58,747 bases of DNA from Oscillospiraceae bacterium (GCA_017440525.1 JAFSHB010000091.1:1-58747), one strand, 5' to 3'; counted from the first letter of the stretch, positions 15,904 to 25,375 are shown. Notes: generated by a model from the sequence alone, not told the origin. Numbers and translations are program-made.

Positions 15904-17661
15904 ATGATCAAAGATGCGCGATTTAGGATGTGCGGTTCCATCCTGCAAAAATACAGAGGCTACGAAAAAGAAGTCACGATCCCCGAAGGCGTCCGCACCA
16001 TCGATGAACTGGCCTTTTCTCAGAACGATCTTGAGAAGATCATCCTCCCCTCTACTCTGAAAAAGATCAAACGAAAGGCATTCAACTTCTGTGACCATCT
16101 GACTGAAGTCGTGTTCCCCGAAGGATTGGAGGTCATCGAAGACAGTGCCTTCTGCAATTGCAAGCGACTCAAGCGTGCACAGTTCCCCACCACGATCACA
16201 TCCTTGGGAGGGGACATCTTTTACAATTGCGAAGAATTGGAGGAGCTGATCATCCCCGACGAACTGCTCCCCAATGTCCCCGGCAGCTTGTTCTCCAGCT
16301 GCAAGAAACTGGCAGACGAGAACGGTCTCGTGATTCGAAACGGCATCCTCTTTGCCTGTAGGAGCGACGAACCGACCGTCTGTGTCCCGGACGGTGTGAC
16401 GAAGCTGGCCGACCAGCTGTTCCTTGGCAAAAAGATCACCTCTGTGACGCTGCCCGACACGCTGACCTGTATCGGCGAAGAAGCTTTTAGTCACTGCCGT
16501 GAGCTGACAGATATCCAAATACCGCCTTCTGTCCGGACCATCGGAGCCGCCGCGTTCTGCGGCTGCAACCTGAAGAAGATCGTCATCCCCGAAGGGATCA
16601 CCAAACTCCCCGACAGTATCTTCGGAGCGTGCGAAGCGTTGGTGGACATCAAACTCCCGGAAACACTGACCGACATCGGTTCCGCCGCTTTTGGCGCCTG
16701 CTCAAGACTTTATTCTCTCCACATCCCGGAAACTGTGACAACGATCGGCGCCGGTGCGTTCCGGAATTGTCACTCCCTGAAATATATCAATATCCCGTCC
16801 GGTATCAAAGAGATCCCACAACTCGCCTTTGCCGACTGTACCATGCTGGAGCGGCTGAAGCTGCCGGACAGGCTGATCTCCATCGGTGAGTATGCATTTA
16901 TCCATTGTGACTTCCTGCGAGATCTCCCCATCCCCGAGACCGTGACTGAGATCGGCATGTGTGCCTTTGTCGGCTGCGTCAAGCTCGTAGATGACCAGGG
17001 GTTCCTGACCATAGGCGATGTGCTGCATTGCGCGGTGGCCCGTGACGATGTTCTGACGATCCCCGACGGCATCACAGTCATCTGCCAAGAAGCAGTCGAC
17101 CGCAACAGCCATCTCCACACGGTCCACATCCCTGAGAGCGTGGTCTTTATCGGCAAAGAAGCATTCTCCGGATGTTCCGGTCTCAAGAAGGTATTCCTCC
17201 CCGACAGCGTCAAGGAGATCCAGGAATGTGCTTTTGATTTTTATGATACACAGTTCATCTGCTCTCCACAGATGTGGGATATCTTAGCCGAGAGCGTGCG
17301 GACGAGCGCATTGACCAAACCTGCAGCCGAAAGTTTCGCCCGGTGCTTCCTTCGCCATGTGGAACATCCCCGCAAGTGCAGGAAGGCGGTAAAATTCGTC
17401 ACCACCCACGCATCGTCCATTTTCACCTACATCCTCGAACACCATGACAGCTTGCTGCTGGAGCGTTTCCTGCGTGCTGTCCATCCCTCCCCCTCGGAGC
17501 TTGAGCGTTACCTGTCCCGCTGCGATAAGCATACGGAGCTGAAGGCCGTCCTTCTGAATTACCGGAACACCGTACTGTATGGCTGGGACGCCTTTGCCGC
17601 ACTGGACGCACAGTCCAAAAATGAACTGGACTTCAAGCTCCCCGGAGAGTTTGACTTTTAG
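15904..17661 (+). CDS. Leucine-rich repeat protein (BspA/LRR_5 type) with non-repeat C-terminal domain
   Basis: About 18 tandem ~23-aa units of the form IPxxVxxIgxxAFxxCxxLxxi. No signal peptide is evident. Confidence 0.8.
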   Translation: MIKDARFRMCGSILQKYRGYEKEVTIPEGVRTIDELAFSQNDLEKIILPSTLKKIKRKAFNFCDHLTEVVFPEGLEVIEDSAFCNCKRLKRAQFPTTITSLGGDIFYNCEELEELIIPDELLPNVPGSLFSSCKKLADENGLVIRNGILFACRSDEPTVCVPDGVTKLADQLFLGKKITSVTLPDTLTCIGEEAFSHCRELTDIQIPPSVRTIGAAAFCGCNLKKIVIPEGITKLPDSIFGACEALVDIKLPETLTDIGSAAFGACSRLYSLHIPETVTTIGAGAFRNCHSLKYINIPSGIKEIPQLAFADCTMLERLKLPDRLISIGEYAFIHCDFLRDLPIPETVTEIGMCAFVGCVKLVDDQGFLTIGDVLHCAVARDDVLTIPDGITVICQEAVDRNSHLHTVHIPESVVFIGKEAFSGCSGLKKVFLPDSVKEIQECAFDFYDTQFICSPQMWDILAESVRTSALTKPAAESFARCFLRHVEHPRKCRKAVKFVTTHASSIFTYILEHHDSLLLERFLRAVHPSPSELERYLSRCDKHTELKAVLLNYRNTVLYGWDAFAALDAQSKNELDFKLPGEFDF

Positions 17662-17676
17662 ATAAGGAGTGATCGC

Positions 17677-19194
17677 ATGAACATCAAGACCGCGAAAATG
17701 CACATCGAAAATGCCATGAAGGCATACTTTGCCAAAGACGAGTTCGGCAGATACGAGATCCCCATCGAGGAACAGCGTCCTGTGTTCCTGATCGGTCCTC
17801 CCGGCGTAGGCAAGACCGCCATCATGCAGCAGATCGCCGATAAGCTCGGCGTAGGTCTCGTCAGCTACTCTATGAACCACCACACCAGACAGTCTGCACT
17901 GGGTCTGCCCTACATCACCGAAAAGGTCTATGACGGCAAGACCTTCTCCATCACGGAGTACACCATGAGTGAGATCATCGCCTCCGTGTATGAGATGATG
18001 GAGGCCACCGGTGTGAAGGAGGGCATTTTGTTTCTCGATGAGATCAACTGTGTCTCTGAGACGCTGGCACCTGCCATGCTGCAGTTCCTGCAGTACAAGA
18101 CCTTCGGCACCCACAAAGTCCCCGATGGCTGGATCGTAGTCACCGCCGGCAATCCCCCCGAATACAACAACTCTGTGCGGGAATTCGACATCGCCACCGC
18201 CGACCGTCTGAAGCCCATGGAGGTGCAGCCCGACTACACGGCCTGGAAGGAATATGCCTGCGAAAAGAATGTCCATCCTGCCATTTTGACCTATCTGGAG
18301 ATCAAGCACGAGCATTTCTACAGCATCGAGACCACGGTGGATGGAAAACGATTCGTCACCGCCCGAGGCTGGAGCGATCTGAGCCGTATGCTCCTCTCCT
18401 GTGAGAAGCACGGTCTGCCTGTGGATACGAGTTTGATCGGGCAGTATCTGCAAAACAGAAAGATCGCCGCAGAGTTTTACAACTACTACAGCCTGTGGAT
18501 CAAATACCGGAAGGACTACAAGATCGACGCCATCCTCACCGGCAATGTCCCGCCGGAGATCCTGCATCGCGCCGCAGGCGGCAAGTTCGACGAGCGTCTG
18601 GCCCTGCTCGGCCTGATCTTCGACGCACTTTTGAAGCAGATCCACGCTGTGGCAAAGCAGGAATCTCTTCGTGAGGGCCTGCTCGTCACCCTCAAGGAGA
18701 TCATGAAGTGCTATCAGCAGCCCAATGCCGATCCCATCAAAGAGCTGAAAGCGGTGATGGACATCATCGAGGGCAAGCTGCGGGAGGAGGCAAAGTATGC
18801 CACCCGCAACAAGGAGACGGAACTGATCCGCCGCCAGATCCTCTCCATCCTGCAGCAGCACCACGCAGCCATGGTCGCCGACCCGCCCTACAGCGTCAAG
18901 GGTGCCTTCGCCATCCTGAAGCAGGACTTTGATGAACGCACCGAAGCCTTCAAGGCACAGATCCAGGAGACCATCAGCCAGATCAACAATGCCTACACCT
19001 TCTGTGAGACCGCCTTCGGCAAGGGTCGTGAGATCATGATCCTGACCACGGAGCTGACCATCGCCAAGACGGCTTCCCAGTTCCTCGCCCGCTACGGCAA
19101 AGACAGCAGATACTTCACCTACAACTCCGACCTGCTCGTTCATGGCCGCCGCAGTGAGATCCTCCACCAGCTGGAAGAGCTGGATGTGCTCTAA
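17677..19194 (+). CDS. MoxR-like AAA+ ATPase (AAA_5 type) with ~250-aa C-terminal extension
   Basis: Walker A GPPGVGKT, Walker B ILFLDEINC, TAGNPPEYN sensor region. Starts 16 nt after the LRR gene. Confidence 0.8.
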   Translation: MNIKTAKMHIENAMKAYFAKDEFGRYEIPIEEQRPVFLIGPPGVGKTAIMQQIADKLGVGLVSYSMNHHTRQSALGLPYITEKVYDGKTFSITEYTMSEIIASVYEMMEATGVKEGILFLDEINCVSETLAPAMLQFLQYKTFGTHKVPDGWIVVTAGNPPEYNNSVREFDIATADRLKPMEVQPDYTAWKEYACEKNVHPAILTYLEIKHEHFYSIETTVDGKRFVTARGWSDLSRMLLSCEKHGLPVDTSLIGQYLQNRKIAAEFYNYYSLWIKYRKDYKIDAILTGNVPPEILHRAAGGKFDERLALLGLIFDALLKQIHAVAKQESLREGLLVTLKEIMKCYQQPNADPIKELKAVMDIIEGKLREEAKYATRNKETELIRRQILSILQQHHAAMVADPPYSVKGAFAILKQDFDERTEAFKAQIQETISQINNAYTFCETAFGKGREIMILTTELTIAKTASQFLARYGKDSRYFTYNSDLLVHGRRSEILHQLEELDVL

Positions 19195-19494
19195 ACATAA
19201 AGACGCGCAGCAGGCCAAGGCCTGCTGCGCGTTACCATTATTGAGATCGGAAGCGGTGGCGGAGATCGGGATCAGGATCTCGTCGATCGTGACATGCAAG
19301 ATCATGCCCAATGCGTACAGATTATCGACACACGGCAGGCTCTCACCGCGCTGCCACTTGTAGATCGCCTGCGGCTCCGCAAAGCCAAAATAGCGCTGCA
19401 GGTCCTTGACGCTCAGGCCGCACTGCTTACGCAGGCGCAAGATGTTGCGTCCGGTCGCCACAGGGTCGATCGCGGGAATTACATAGTTTTGCAT
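19195..19494 (-). CDS. XRE-family HTH regulator; 3' end undefined (no stop codon before the ORF enters the convergent AAA gene)
   Basis: MQNYVIPAIDPVATGRNILRLRKQCGLSVKDLQRYFGFAEPQAIYKWQRGESLPCVDNLYALGMIL is HTH_3-like. ATG 19494 follows GGAGG. The ORF formally continues to 17284, antisense to the AAA gene. Confidence 0.55.
19205..19230. terminator. GC-rich 12-bp-stem hairpin between convergent genes
   Basis: gcgcagcaggcc aa ggcctgctgcgc, directly after the AAA stop codon. Confidence 0.5.
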
Positions 19495-19668
19495 CACATT
19501 CGCCTCCATTAGATAATTTTATAGGTAGATTTTTAATTATATCCCATTTTCTGACGATCGTCAACTACTTTTTCGTACATAAAAAAGATGGGAGCCGCCA
19601 AAAAACTCTTTCAGGCCTAAGAAATGATGGGATGGACCGATAAAAAAGCCAAAATATCACAAAAACTG

Positions 19669-19697
19669 TTGACTGCGCACAGTTTCTTCAATATAAT
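19669..19697 (+). promoter_or_regulatory. Promoter (TTGACT-17-TATAAT) driving the lysine riboswitch leader
   Basis: Near-consensus hexamers with a 17-nt spacer, ~15 nt before the riboswitch core. Confidence 0.65.
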
Positions 19698-19707
19698 GTA
19701 CATGTTA

Positions 19708-19932
19708 TCATGATAGAGGTGCGGAACGCATCAGTAGCACATCCCATAAGGACGGGTCCCGGGAGCGTGCGAAAGGGAGTTCCGCCGAGGTCCTGCCGTT
19801 TTGTCCCGTCAGACGCAGGGCCGGGCTGCAGGAGAACATCCTGCAGACTGTCATTCCGCAAGGGATGGAGCGCTGTCGTGGTCCTGCGCGAAAAGTGTGT
19901 GCGGAGCCATGGACTGCCATGGCTCCGTTTTT
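19708..19932 (+). promoter_or_regulatory. Lysine riboswitch (L-box) with terminator expression platform
   Basis: Conserved core elements appear in order: ATAGAGGTGCG, CAGTAG, GAAAGGGAG, GCCGAGG, CCGGGCTGCA...TGCAGACTGTCA. They align by eye with the B. subtilis lysC leader. Terminator ggagccatgg/ccatggctcc + gttttt lies at 19903..19932. Confidence 0.82.
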
Positions 19933-19955
19933 GCGTAAAAAAGAAAGGAGAAACC

Positions 19956-21578
19956 ATGAGTAACAAAAAGCTTTCCTCTGTCGTGTCTCTGCTCGTGGCG
20001 GCTGCCGTGATCATCATGGCTGTCATCGTCACCTGCTCCGGCATCGACACCTATGCCTCTTTCTGGGCATTGGTCCCCCCCATCGTGGCCATCGGCTTGG
20101 CCCTCATCACCAAGGAGGTCTACTCCTCCCTGTTCCTCGGCATCGTCGTCGGCGGCATCTTGGGCTGCGGCGGCAACGCCACCACCGCTGTTGACCATGT
20201 TGTCAGCACCGGTATCATCGCCGCTATCGAAGGCACCGCAGGCATCTTCCTGTTCCTGGTGATCCTGGGCATCATCGTGGCTCTGATCAACCGTGCAGGC
20301 GGCAGCGCCGCCTTCGGCCGCTGGGCTGAGACCCACATCAAGAGCCGCGTGGGCGCACAGCTGGCCACCTTCGTGCTGGGCGTGCTGATCTTCATCGACG
20401 ACTATTTCAACTGCCTGACCGTGGGCTCCGTCATGCTCCCTGTGACTGACAGCCACAAGATCTCCCGCGCCAAGCTGAGCTATCTGATCGATGCTACCGC
20501 AGCTCCCATCTGCATGATCGCTCCCGTGTCCTCCTGGGCCGCCGCTGTCTCCAGCTACGCCGAGGGCACCGGTCTTTCCGGCATCGAGCTGTTCATCCGC
20601 GCCATCCCCTACAACTTCTACTCCCTGCTGACGCTGGTGTTCGTCGTGGCCATCGTCATCATGAAGGCCGACTTCGGCCCCATGGCCAAGCATGAGCGCA
20701 ACGCCATCGAGAAGGGCGACCTGTTCTCCTCCGAGGAGCGCGTTTCCGACGAAGACACCTTCGCCAATCCCAGAGGCCGCGTGATCGACCTGATCCTGCC
20801 CGTCGTCGTCCTCGTCATCATCTCCATCGTTGGCCTGCTGTACATCGGCGGCTTCTTCGGCGTGGATGCTTGGGGCGGCACCGAGTGCGCCGGCAGTCTG
20901 ATCGCTGCCTTCGGCAACACCGATGCTACTGTTGGTCTGCCTTGGGGCTCTCTGATCGCACTGATCGCGATCATCGCCTATCTGATGGTCCGCAAGCTGG
21001 TCAGCTTCACCGAAGCTATGGAATGCATGCCCAAGGGCTTCGTTGCCATGGTCCCCGCCATCACCATCCTGACTCTGGCTACCGCTCTGAAGAATGTCTC
21101 CAATGACCTGCTGGGTTCTGCTTCCTATGTGGAGATGCTCATGCAGAGCGAGGCTGCTCAGAGCCTGCAGAACTTCCTGCCCGCAGTCATCTTCATCGTG
21201 GCTTGCCTGCTGGCCTTCGCCACCGGCACCTCCTGGGGCACCTTCGGCATCCTGATTCCCATCGTGTCCAATATGTTCGATGCTTCCAACCCCCTGCTGT
21301 TCATCGGCATGTCCGCTTGCCTGGCCGGTGCTGTGTGCGGTGACCACTGCTCCCCCATCTCCGACACCACCATCATGTCCTCCGCAGGCGCTCGCTGCGT
21401 CCATGTGCTGCATGTGTCCACGCAGATCCCCTATGCGGTCTCCGTGGCTGCCATCAGCTTTATCTGCTTCGTGGTCGCCGGCTTCGTTCCCAATGCCATC
21501 ATCACGCTGGCTCTGGGCGTTGTCCTGACCATCGGCTTCCTGTTCATCATGAAGAAGGTCACCGCGAAGAAGGCTTAA
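19956..21578 (+). CDS. Na+/H+ antiporter NhaC-family transporter (lysine-riboswitch regulated)
   Basis: 540-aa polytopic membrane protein with NhaC-family sequence character. Start at MSNKK behind aaaggag; the longer ORF-track start lies inside the riboswitch. Confidence 0.8.
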   Translation: MSNKKLSSVVSLLVAAAVIIMAVIVTCSGIDTYASFWALVPPIVAIGLALITKEVYSSLFLGIVVGGILGCGGNATTAVDHVVSTGIIAAIEGTAGIFLFLVILGIIVALINRAGGSAAFGRWAETHIKSRVGAQLATFVLGVLIFIDDYFNCLTVGSVMLPVTDSHKISRAKLSYLIDATAAPICMIAPVSSWAAAVSSYAEGTGLSGIELFIRAIPYNFYSLLTLVFVVAIVIMKADFGPMAKHERNAIEKGDLFSSEERVSDEDTFANPRGRVIDLILPVVVLVIISIVGLLYIGGFFGVDAWGGTECAGSLIAAFGNTDATVGLPWGSLIALIAIIAYLMVRKLVSFTEAMECMPKGFVAMVPAITILTLATALKNVSNDLLGSASYVEMLMQSEAAQSLQNFLPAVIFIVACLLAFATGTSWGTFGILIPIVSNMFDASNPLLFIGMSACLAGAVCGDHCSPISDTTIMSSAGARCVHVLHVSTQIPYAVSVAAISFICFVVAGFVPNAIITLALGVVLTIGFLFIMKKVTAKKA

Positions 21579-21590
21579 GTTCTATAAAAG

Positions 21591-21630
21591 AAATGGGTGG
21601 AAGGTACGCCTTCCACCCATTTTATTTTGC
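21591..21630 (+). terminator. Intrinsic terminator after the nhaC-family gene
   Basis: aaatgggtggaagg tacg ccttccacccattt followed by tattttg. Confidence 0.7.
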
Positions 21631-21666
21631 ATAAGAAGGGATCTCCGAGCGGAGAGCCCTTCTCTT

Positions 21667-22272
21667 TTATCGCTTGCACATCAGCGGGATGGGGGAAGAG
21701 CCTTCCGGTCTGTCGTACAGCTCACAGCCGCAGTCATCCAGATGCTTGACCTTGAAGCCGTTGGCCTTGTACGCTTCATAATCGAAGGCATTGAGCTCAT
21801 CGATGGCGATCTGGTGGAACTTATCGAAATCGGGCCACCATTCCCAGCCGCTGCCGAAATCGTTATACAGGAAGGCATCAGCGCACTGCTTGCCAAGCTC
21901 GGGGGTCACATAGAAGGCACCCAACGCCAGCACATTGACACCGTTGCCGGTGATGGCACGGAATGCGGCAGGAACAGACTCCACCACACCTGCGTGGACT
22001 CCGGGGCACTTGCTTGCCGCGATGTGGATGCCCATGCCGGTGCCGCAGAAGATCATGGCACGCTCAAATTCCTTCTCGGAGATCATGGCGCCCACACGCA
22101 GACCGATGCGATGGAACATGAGCTCGGTATCGTTGGGGTCGGAGTCGGCCTTCACGCCCACATCGGTGATCGTCCAGCCCTTCTTCTCCAGATATTCCTT
22201 GATGGCTTCCTTCAGGGGGTAGCCGGCAAAATCGGCACCCATGAGCAGCTGCTTGTCTTTTACCATTTTCAT
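21667..22272 (-). CDS. RpiB/LacA/LacB-family sugar-phosphate isomerase with C-terminal extension
   Basis: GADFAGYPLKEAIKEYL..., IFCGTGMGIHIAASK, NVLALGA are typical of the family. Confidence 0.75.
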   Translation of the reverse strand: MKMVKDKQLLMGADFAGYPLKEAIKEYLEKKGWTITDVGVKADSDPNDTELMFHRIGLRVGAMISEKEFERAMIFCGTGMGIHIAASKCPGVHAGVVESVPAAFRAITGNGVNVLALGAFYVTPELGKQCADAFLYNDFGSGWEWWPDFDKFHQIAIDELNAFDYEAYKANGFKVKHLDDCGCELYDRPEGSSPIPLMCKR

Positions 22273-22298
22273 ATCGATACCCTCCAAATACTTAATAT

Positions 22299-23249
22299 TT
22301 ATTTCAGTTTTGCAGTAACTTCTTCATAGGTGGGGATGGAAGAGATGCCGCCGGGGCGGGTGGTGGAAAGGCCTGCCGCAGTGCAGGCAAAGGTCACAAC
22401 CTCACGAAGCTCCGCCTCTGTCAGCGTTTCGGGAGCTTTCCCCAGCTGCAGCAGCTTCCACACGGCACTGCCGCCGAAGATATCGCCTGCACCGGTGGTA
22501 TCGACCACCTTCACATCGGAAAGGGCAGGCACTTTTCCGCATGCTACGGCATTTTTGAAATAACAGCCGTCCGCACCGCAGGTGACGAACACCAGCTTGA
22601 CCGGGTAATTTTTCAGGATATGCGCCGCGCCCTCTTCCACGCCGAGACCGAAGAGGAACTCCACTTCCTCATCGCTGATCTTGACCACATCTGCCTTGGT
22701 CAAGCCCCACAGGAGCTGTTCTCTGGCTGTCTCCATGTCCTTCCACAGAGGCTTTCTCAGATTGGGGTCGTAGGTGATCAGCTTACCGCAGTTTTTTGCG
22801 TGCTCCACCGCTTTGCAGGTGGCAGTACGGGTAGGCTCGTCCGTGAGGGAGAGCGTACCGAAGTGGAACATCTTGCTCTCCCCGATCAGGGAAAGGTCGA
22901 TCTCCTCAAAGGTCAGGCAGGTATCCGCACCGGGCTTTCTGCCGAAGGCAAATTCCCGGTCGCCGTTCTCATCCAAAGTGACGAAGGCCAGCGTGGTGAA
23001 CACATCATCAGATGCGATCAGTCCCTTCGTGCAGATCCCCTTCTCCTCCAGAGTGGCCCTCAGAGCCTTACCGAAGGTATCATTGCCCACCTTGCCGATC
23101 ATACCGGCTTTGGCACCAAAGGCGGCCAGCGCCGCAAGGAAATTGGCAGGTGCGCCGCCGGGATGGGCTGCCATGGTGGGATACCCCTCGGCATCTGTGG
23201 AAACGCAGGTAAAATCAATGAGCAGTTCGCCCAGTGCTACAACATCCAT
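22299..23249 (-). CDS. PfkB-family carbohydrate kinase (fructokinase-like)
   Basis: VVALGELLIDF, GGAPANF and C-terminal DTTGAGDIFGG motifs. Confidence 0.82.
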   Translation of the reverse strand: MDVVALGELLIDFTCVSTDAEGYPTMAAHPGGAPANFLAALAAFGAKAGMIGKVGNDTFGKALRATLEEKGICTKGLIASDDVFTTLAFVTLDENGDREFAFGRKPGADTCLTFEEIDLSLIGESKMFHFGTLSLTDEPTRTATCKAVEHAKNCGKLITYDPNLRKPLWKDMETAREQLLWGLTKADVVKISDEEVEFLFGLGVEEGAAHILKNYPVKLVFVTCGADGCYFKNAVACGKVPALSDVKVVDTTGAGDIFGGSAVWKLLQLGKAPETLTEAELREVVTFACTAAGLSTTRPGGISSIPTYEEVTAKLK

Positions 23250-23258
23250 ATGTCCTCC

Positions 23259-23945
23259 TTACTTTGCCGCAGGGTACTCGTTGCACAGCAGACGGTAGGG
23301 TGCTTCATCCTCCTCGATGGTGGGGAAACGACCCACAGGCGGCTCAAAGCGGTTATCGTTGCTGTCGTCATTGCACTGGCTGACCTCACCGAGGAGCACA
23401 TTGCCGGTACCCTCTTCCACAGAAAAATCGTGGTACAGATACTGCTGGATATGGATGCTCTCGCCGGGCGTCAGACGGATCTGGGTACCGGCCGGCACGG
23501 TGTAGGTGCGGCCATCGGTATGGACCGTCACATCAGACACATAGTCGATCGACTCATCGGGCAGAGAGTTGTACACGCGGATCAGCACATTGCCGCCGCC
23601 GCGGTTGATGATGTCCTCCGTCTTATACCAATGGAAATGGTTGGGCGCATACTGCCCTTCCTTCAGATACAGGAGCTTTTCCGCATAGACCTTGGGGTAT
23701 TTATCCGCCATATTGCGGTTGCCGTTTCGGATGGTGATAAGAGAGAATCCGAATCTCTCAAAGTTCCCAAGCCCGTAGTCGGTGATATCCCAGCCAAGGC
23801 AGCAGTCGCGGACCTCGTCATATTCATGCCCGATCTGCTGCCACTGGTCGGGGGTGAAATGACAGAAAGGAGGCAGGAAGCAGCTGTATTTCTGACAGGC
23901 GGCCTCCAGTTCTTTCAAAGCCTTGTTGATCTCAGAGCGTTTCAT
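23259..23945 (-). CDS. D-lyxose/D-mannose-family cupin sugar isomerase
   Basis: NHFHWYKTEDIINRGGGNV is the hallmark segment of the family. Start at MKRSEIN. Confidence 0.75.
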   Translation of the reverse strand: MKRSEINKALKELEAACQKYSCFLPPFCHFTPDQWQQIGHEYDEVRDCCLGWDITDYGLGNFERFGFSLITIRNGNRNMADKYPKVYAEKLLYLKEGQYAPNHFHWYKTEDIINRGGGNVLIRVYNSLPDESIDYVSDVTVHTDGRTYTVPAGTQIRLTPGESIHIQQYLYHDFSVEEGTGNVLLGEVSQCNDDSNDNRFEPPVGRFPTIEEDEAPYRLLCNEYPAAK

Positions 23946-24600
23946 GTTGTGTTTCCTCCTTTTCAGTTTCCTGTTTTCTATTCCCATACTCCAAGAAGAT
24001 CGGAGCGAAGCGGCACGCCATAAAATAGGCGATCACACCGGGATACAGCAGCAGCCACAGACCGGATGAGAACAAGAACACCTCCGGCAGAGCCAGGAAC
24101 AGCAACACTGGGACCGCTGCGAGGATGGCTGCGGGGATCGACTGCTTCCGGTTTTTGACGGCCACGAAGAGGGCATTCCGCAGGGTCTTTTTCACCGTAT
24201 TGTCGAAGTAGGCCACCAGCGGGAACACACACACCAGCACGAGCCACAAGAGCAGATACACCGCACAGGTGCATCCGATCGCCAGCACGGCAAGCATCTG
24301 ACTGCCAAGCGCCGCGGCAAGCTGCGGGATGCAGTAAGCCAGCAGGAAGCACAGGGCCAGAATGACCCAGACTGCCGTTCCCACCTTCAGATCGGATACG
24401 AATGCCTTGAAAAATGCACGGAAAAGTCCATCCTTATCCTCCCGAAGGTCGAAGCAGCAGCGCAGCAGCGCCGCCGTAGACGCGCCCACCGTGATCACAG
24501 GCAGGCAGCACACCAGCCAGCACAGGCTCAGTAAGATCAGGCTGCCGACTTTGGACAAAAACCGAAACACGGGAGAATCGAGACGAAACAGTTTTTTCAT
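23932..24600 (-). CDS. YesL-family (DUF624) membrane protein
   Basis: N-terminal FRFLSKVGSLILLSLCWLVCCLPVITVGASTAAL plus multiple TM helices. Commonly found with sugar ABC loci. Confidence 0.7.
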   Translation of the reverse strand: MKKLFRLDSPVFRFLSKVGSLILLSLCWLVCCLPVITVGASTAALLRCCFDLREDKDGLFRAFFKAFVSDLKVGTAVWVILALCFLLAYCIPQLAAALGSQMLAVLAIGCTCAVYLLLWLVLVCVFPLVAYFDNTVKKTLRNALFVAVKNRKQSIPAAILAAVPVLLFLALPEVFLFSSGLWLLLYPGVIAYFMACRFAPIFLEYGNRKQETEKEETQHETL

Positions 24601-24619
24601 ATTGTCACCCCTTTTCCCT

Positions 24620-24648
24620 ATTATACAAAAACACGACCTCATCCGCAA
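24620..24648 (-). promoter_or_regulatory. Candidate internal promoter (TTGCGG-17-TATAAT on minus strand) for yesL and downstream genes
   Basis: Hexamers on the reverse complement, preceded by a terminator-like hairpin at ~24740..24775. Confidence 0.4.
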
Positions 24649-24784
24649 GATGATAACCGTGTTTATTTATGTGCTTTCGTGCCGAGAATCGCAGCAGCGC
24701 CCCTGTGAGACCGGAACGATCTGAGATGGTCTAAAAACAAGGACCGGCCGCATGCTCTCATGCAGCCGATCAGTCGTTATCGCA

Positions 24785-25279
24785 TCATTCGCCTATTATC
24801 ATGACCTGCACCGTTCTGGTGCGGCCGCGGGTCTGATCCCAGTCGATGAAGTGGATGCGGCCGAACTCGCCCAGATCCATCTCGCCGTCCACGGTAACGA
24901 TGGTCACATTGCGGCCGATGACGGAGGAACGCAGATGGGCATCGGTGTTGTGGCAGCCAAAGTTATCCTCGCCGTGTTCCTCGGCAAAGACCAGCGCCTT
25001 GGGGCCCGGATGGAGGTACTGGCCCTCATAGCGGCAGGTGGGCATCCATTCCTCGAAGGCATTGACCAGATCCTGCTGCAGGGTCTCCAGGCCGGTCATG
25101 GACATATCGAAGGCGCACTCCTGGGTGATGACAGAGCAGGTGGTGTGATGGGAATAGACCACGACGATGCCGTCCTTCAGACCGGAACGCTTGGCGATCT
25201 CCTTGACGGTGTCGGTGATATCATGGAAAGACACAGCACGATGGCGGCTCTCCAGCTTAAAGCTCTCTTTGTAGACCAT
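24785..25279 (-). CDS. YjbQ/UPF0047-family protein (secondary thiamine-phosphate synthase-like)
   Basis: ITDTVKE..GIVVVYSHHTTCSV.. and HLRSSVIG are typical of the family. Confidence 0.7.
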   Translation of the reverse strand: MVYKESFKLESRHRAVSFHDITDTVKEIAKRSGLKDGIVVVYSHHTTCSVITQECAFDMSMTGLETLQQDLVNAFEEWMPTCRYEGQYLHPGPKALVFAEEHGEDNFGCHNTDAHLRSSVIGRNVTIVTVDGEMDLGEFGRIHFIDWDQTRGRTRTVQVMIIGE

Positions 25280-25307
25280 GATGTATTCTCCTTTAATTTT
25301 TTATGAT

Positions 25308-25365
25308 GGTGCCTGCAGCACCTCTCCGTCACGGCTTTGCCGTGACACCTCCCCTCAAGGGGAGG
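25308..25365 (-). terminator. Cluster of three consecutive stem-loops downstream of the TIM-like gene
   Basis: ggtgc/gcacc, gtcacgg/ccgtgac and cctcccc/ggggagg hairpins, followed (minus strand) by an A/T-rich run. Confidence 0.55.
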
Positions 25366-25375
25366 CTTATTTTAA

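Noticed and set aside
19851-21413. 520-aa minus-strand ORF.
   Set aside because: It is entirely antisense to the NhaC-family gene. Its composition is G/D/A/H-rich and lacks RBS context.
22620-24023. 467-aa plus-strand ORF.
   Set aside because: It is antisense to the PfkB kinase and lyxose-isomerase genes, both of which have clear family motifs.
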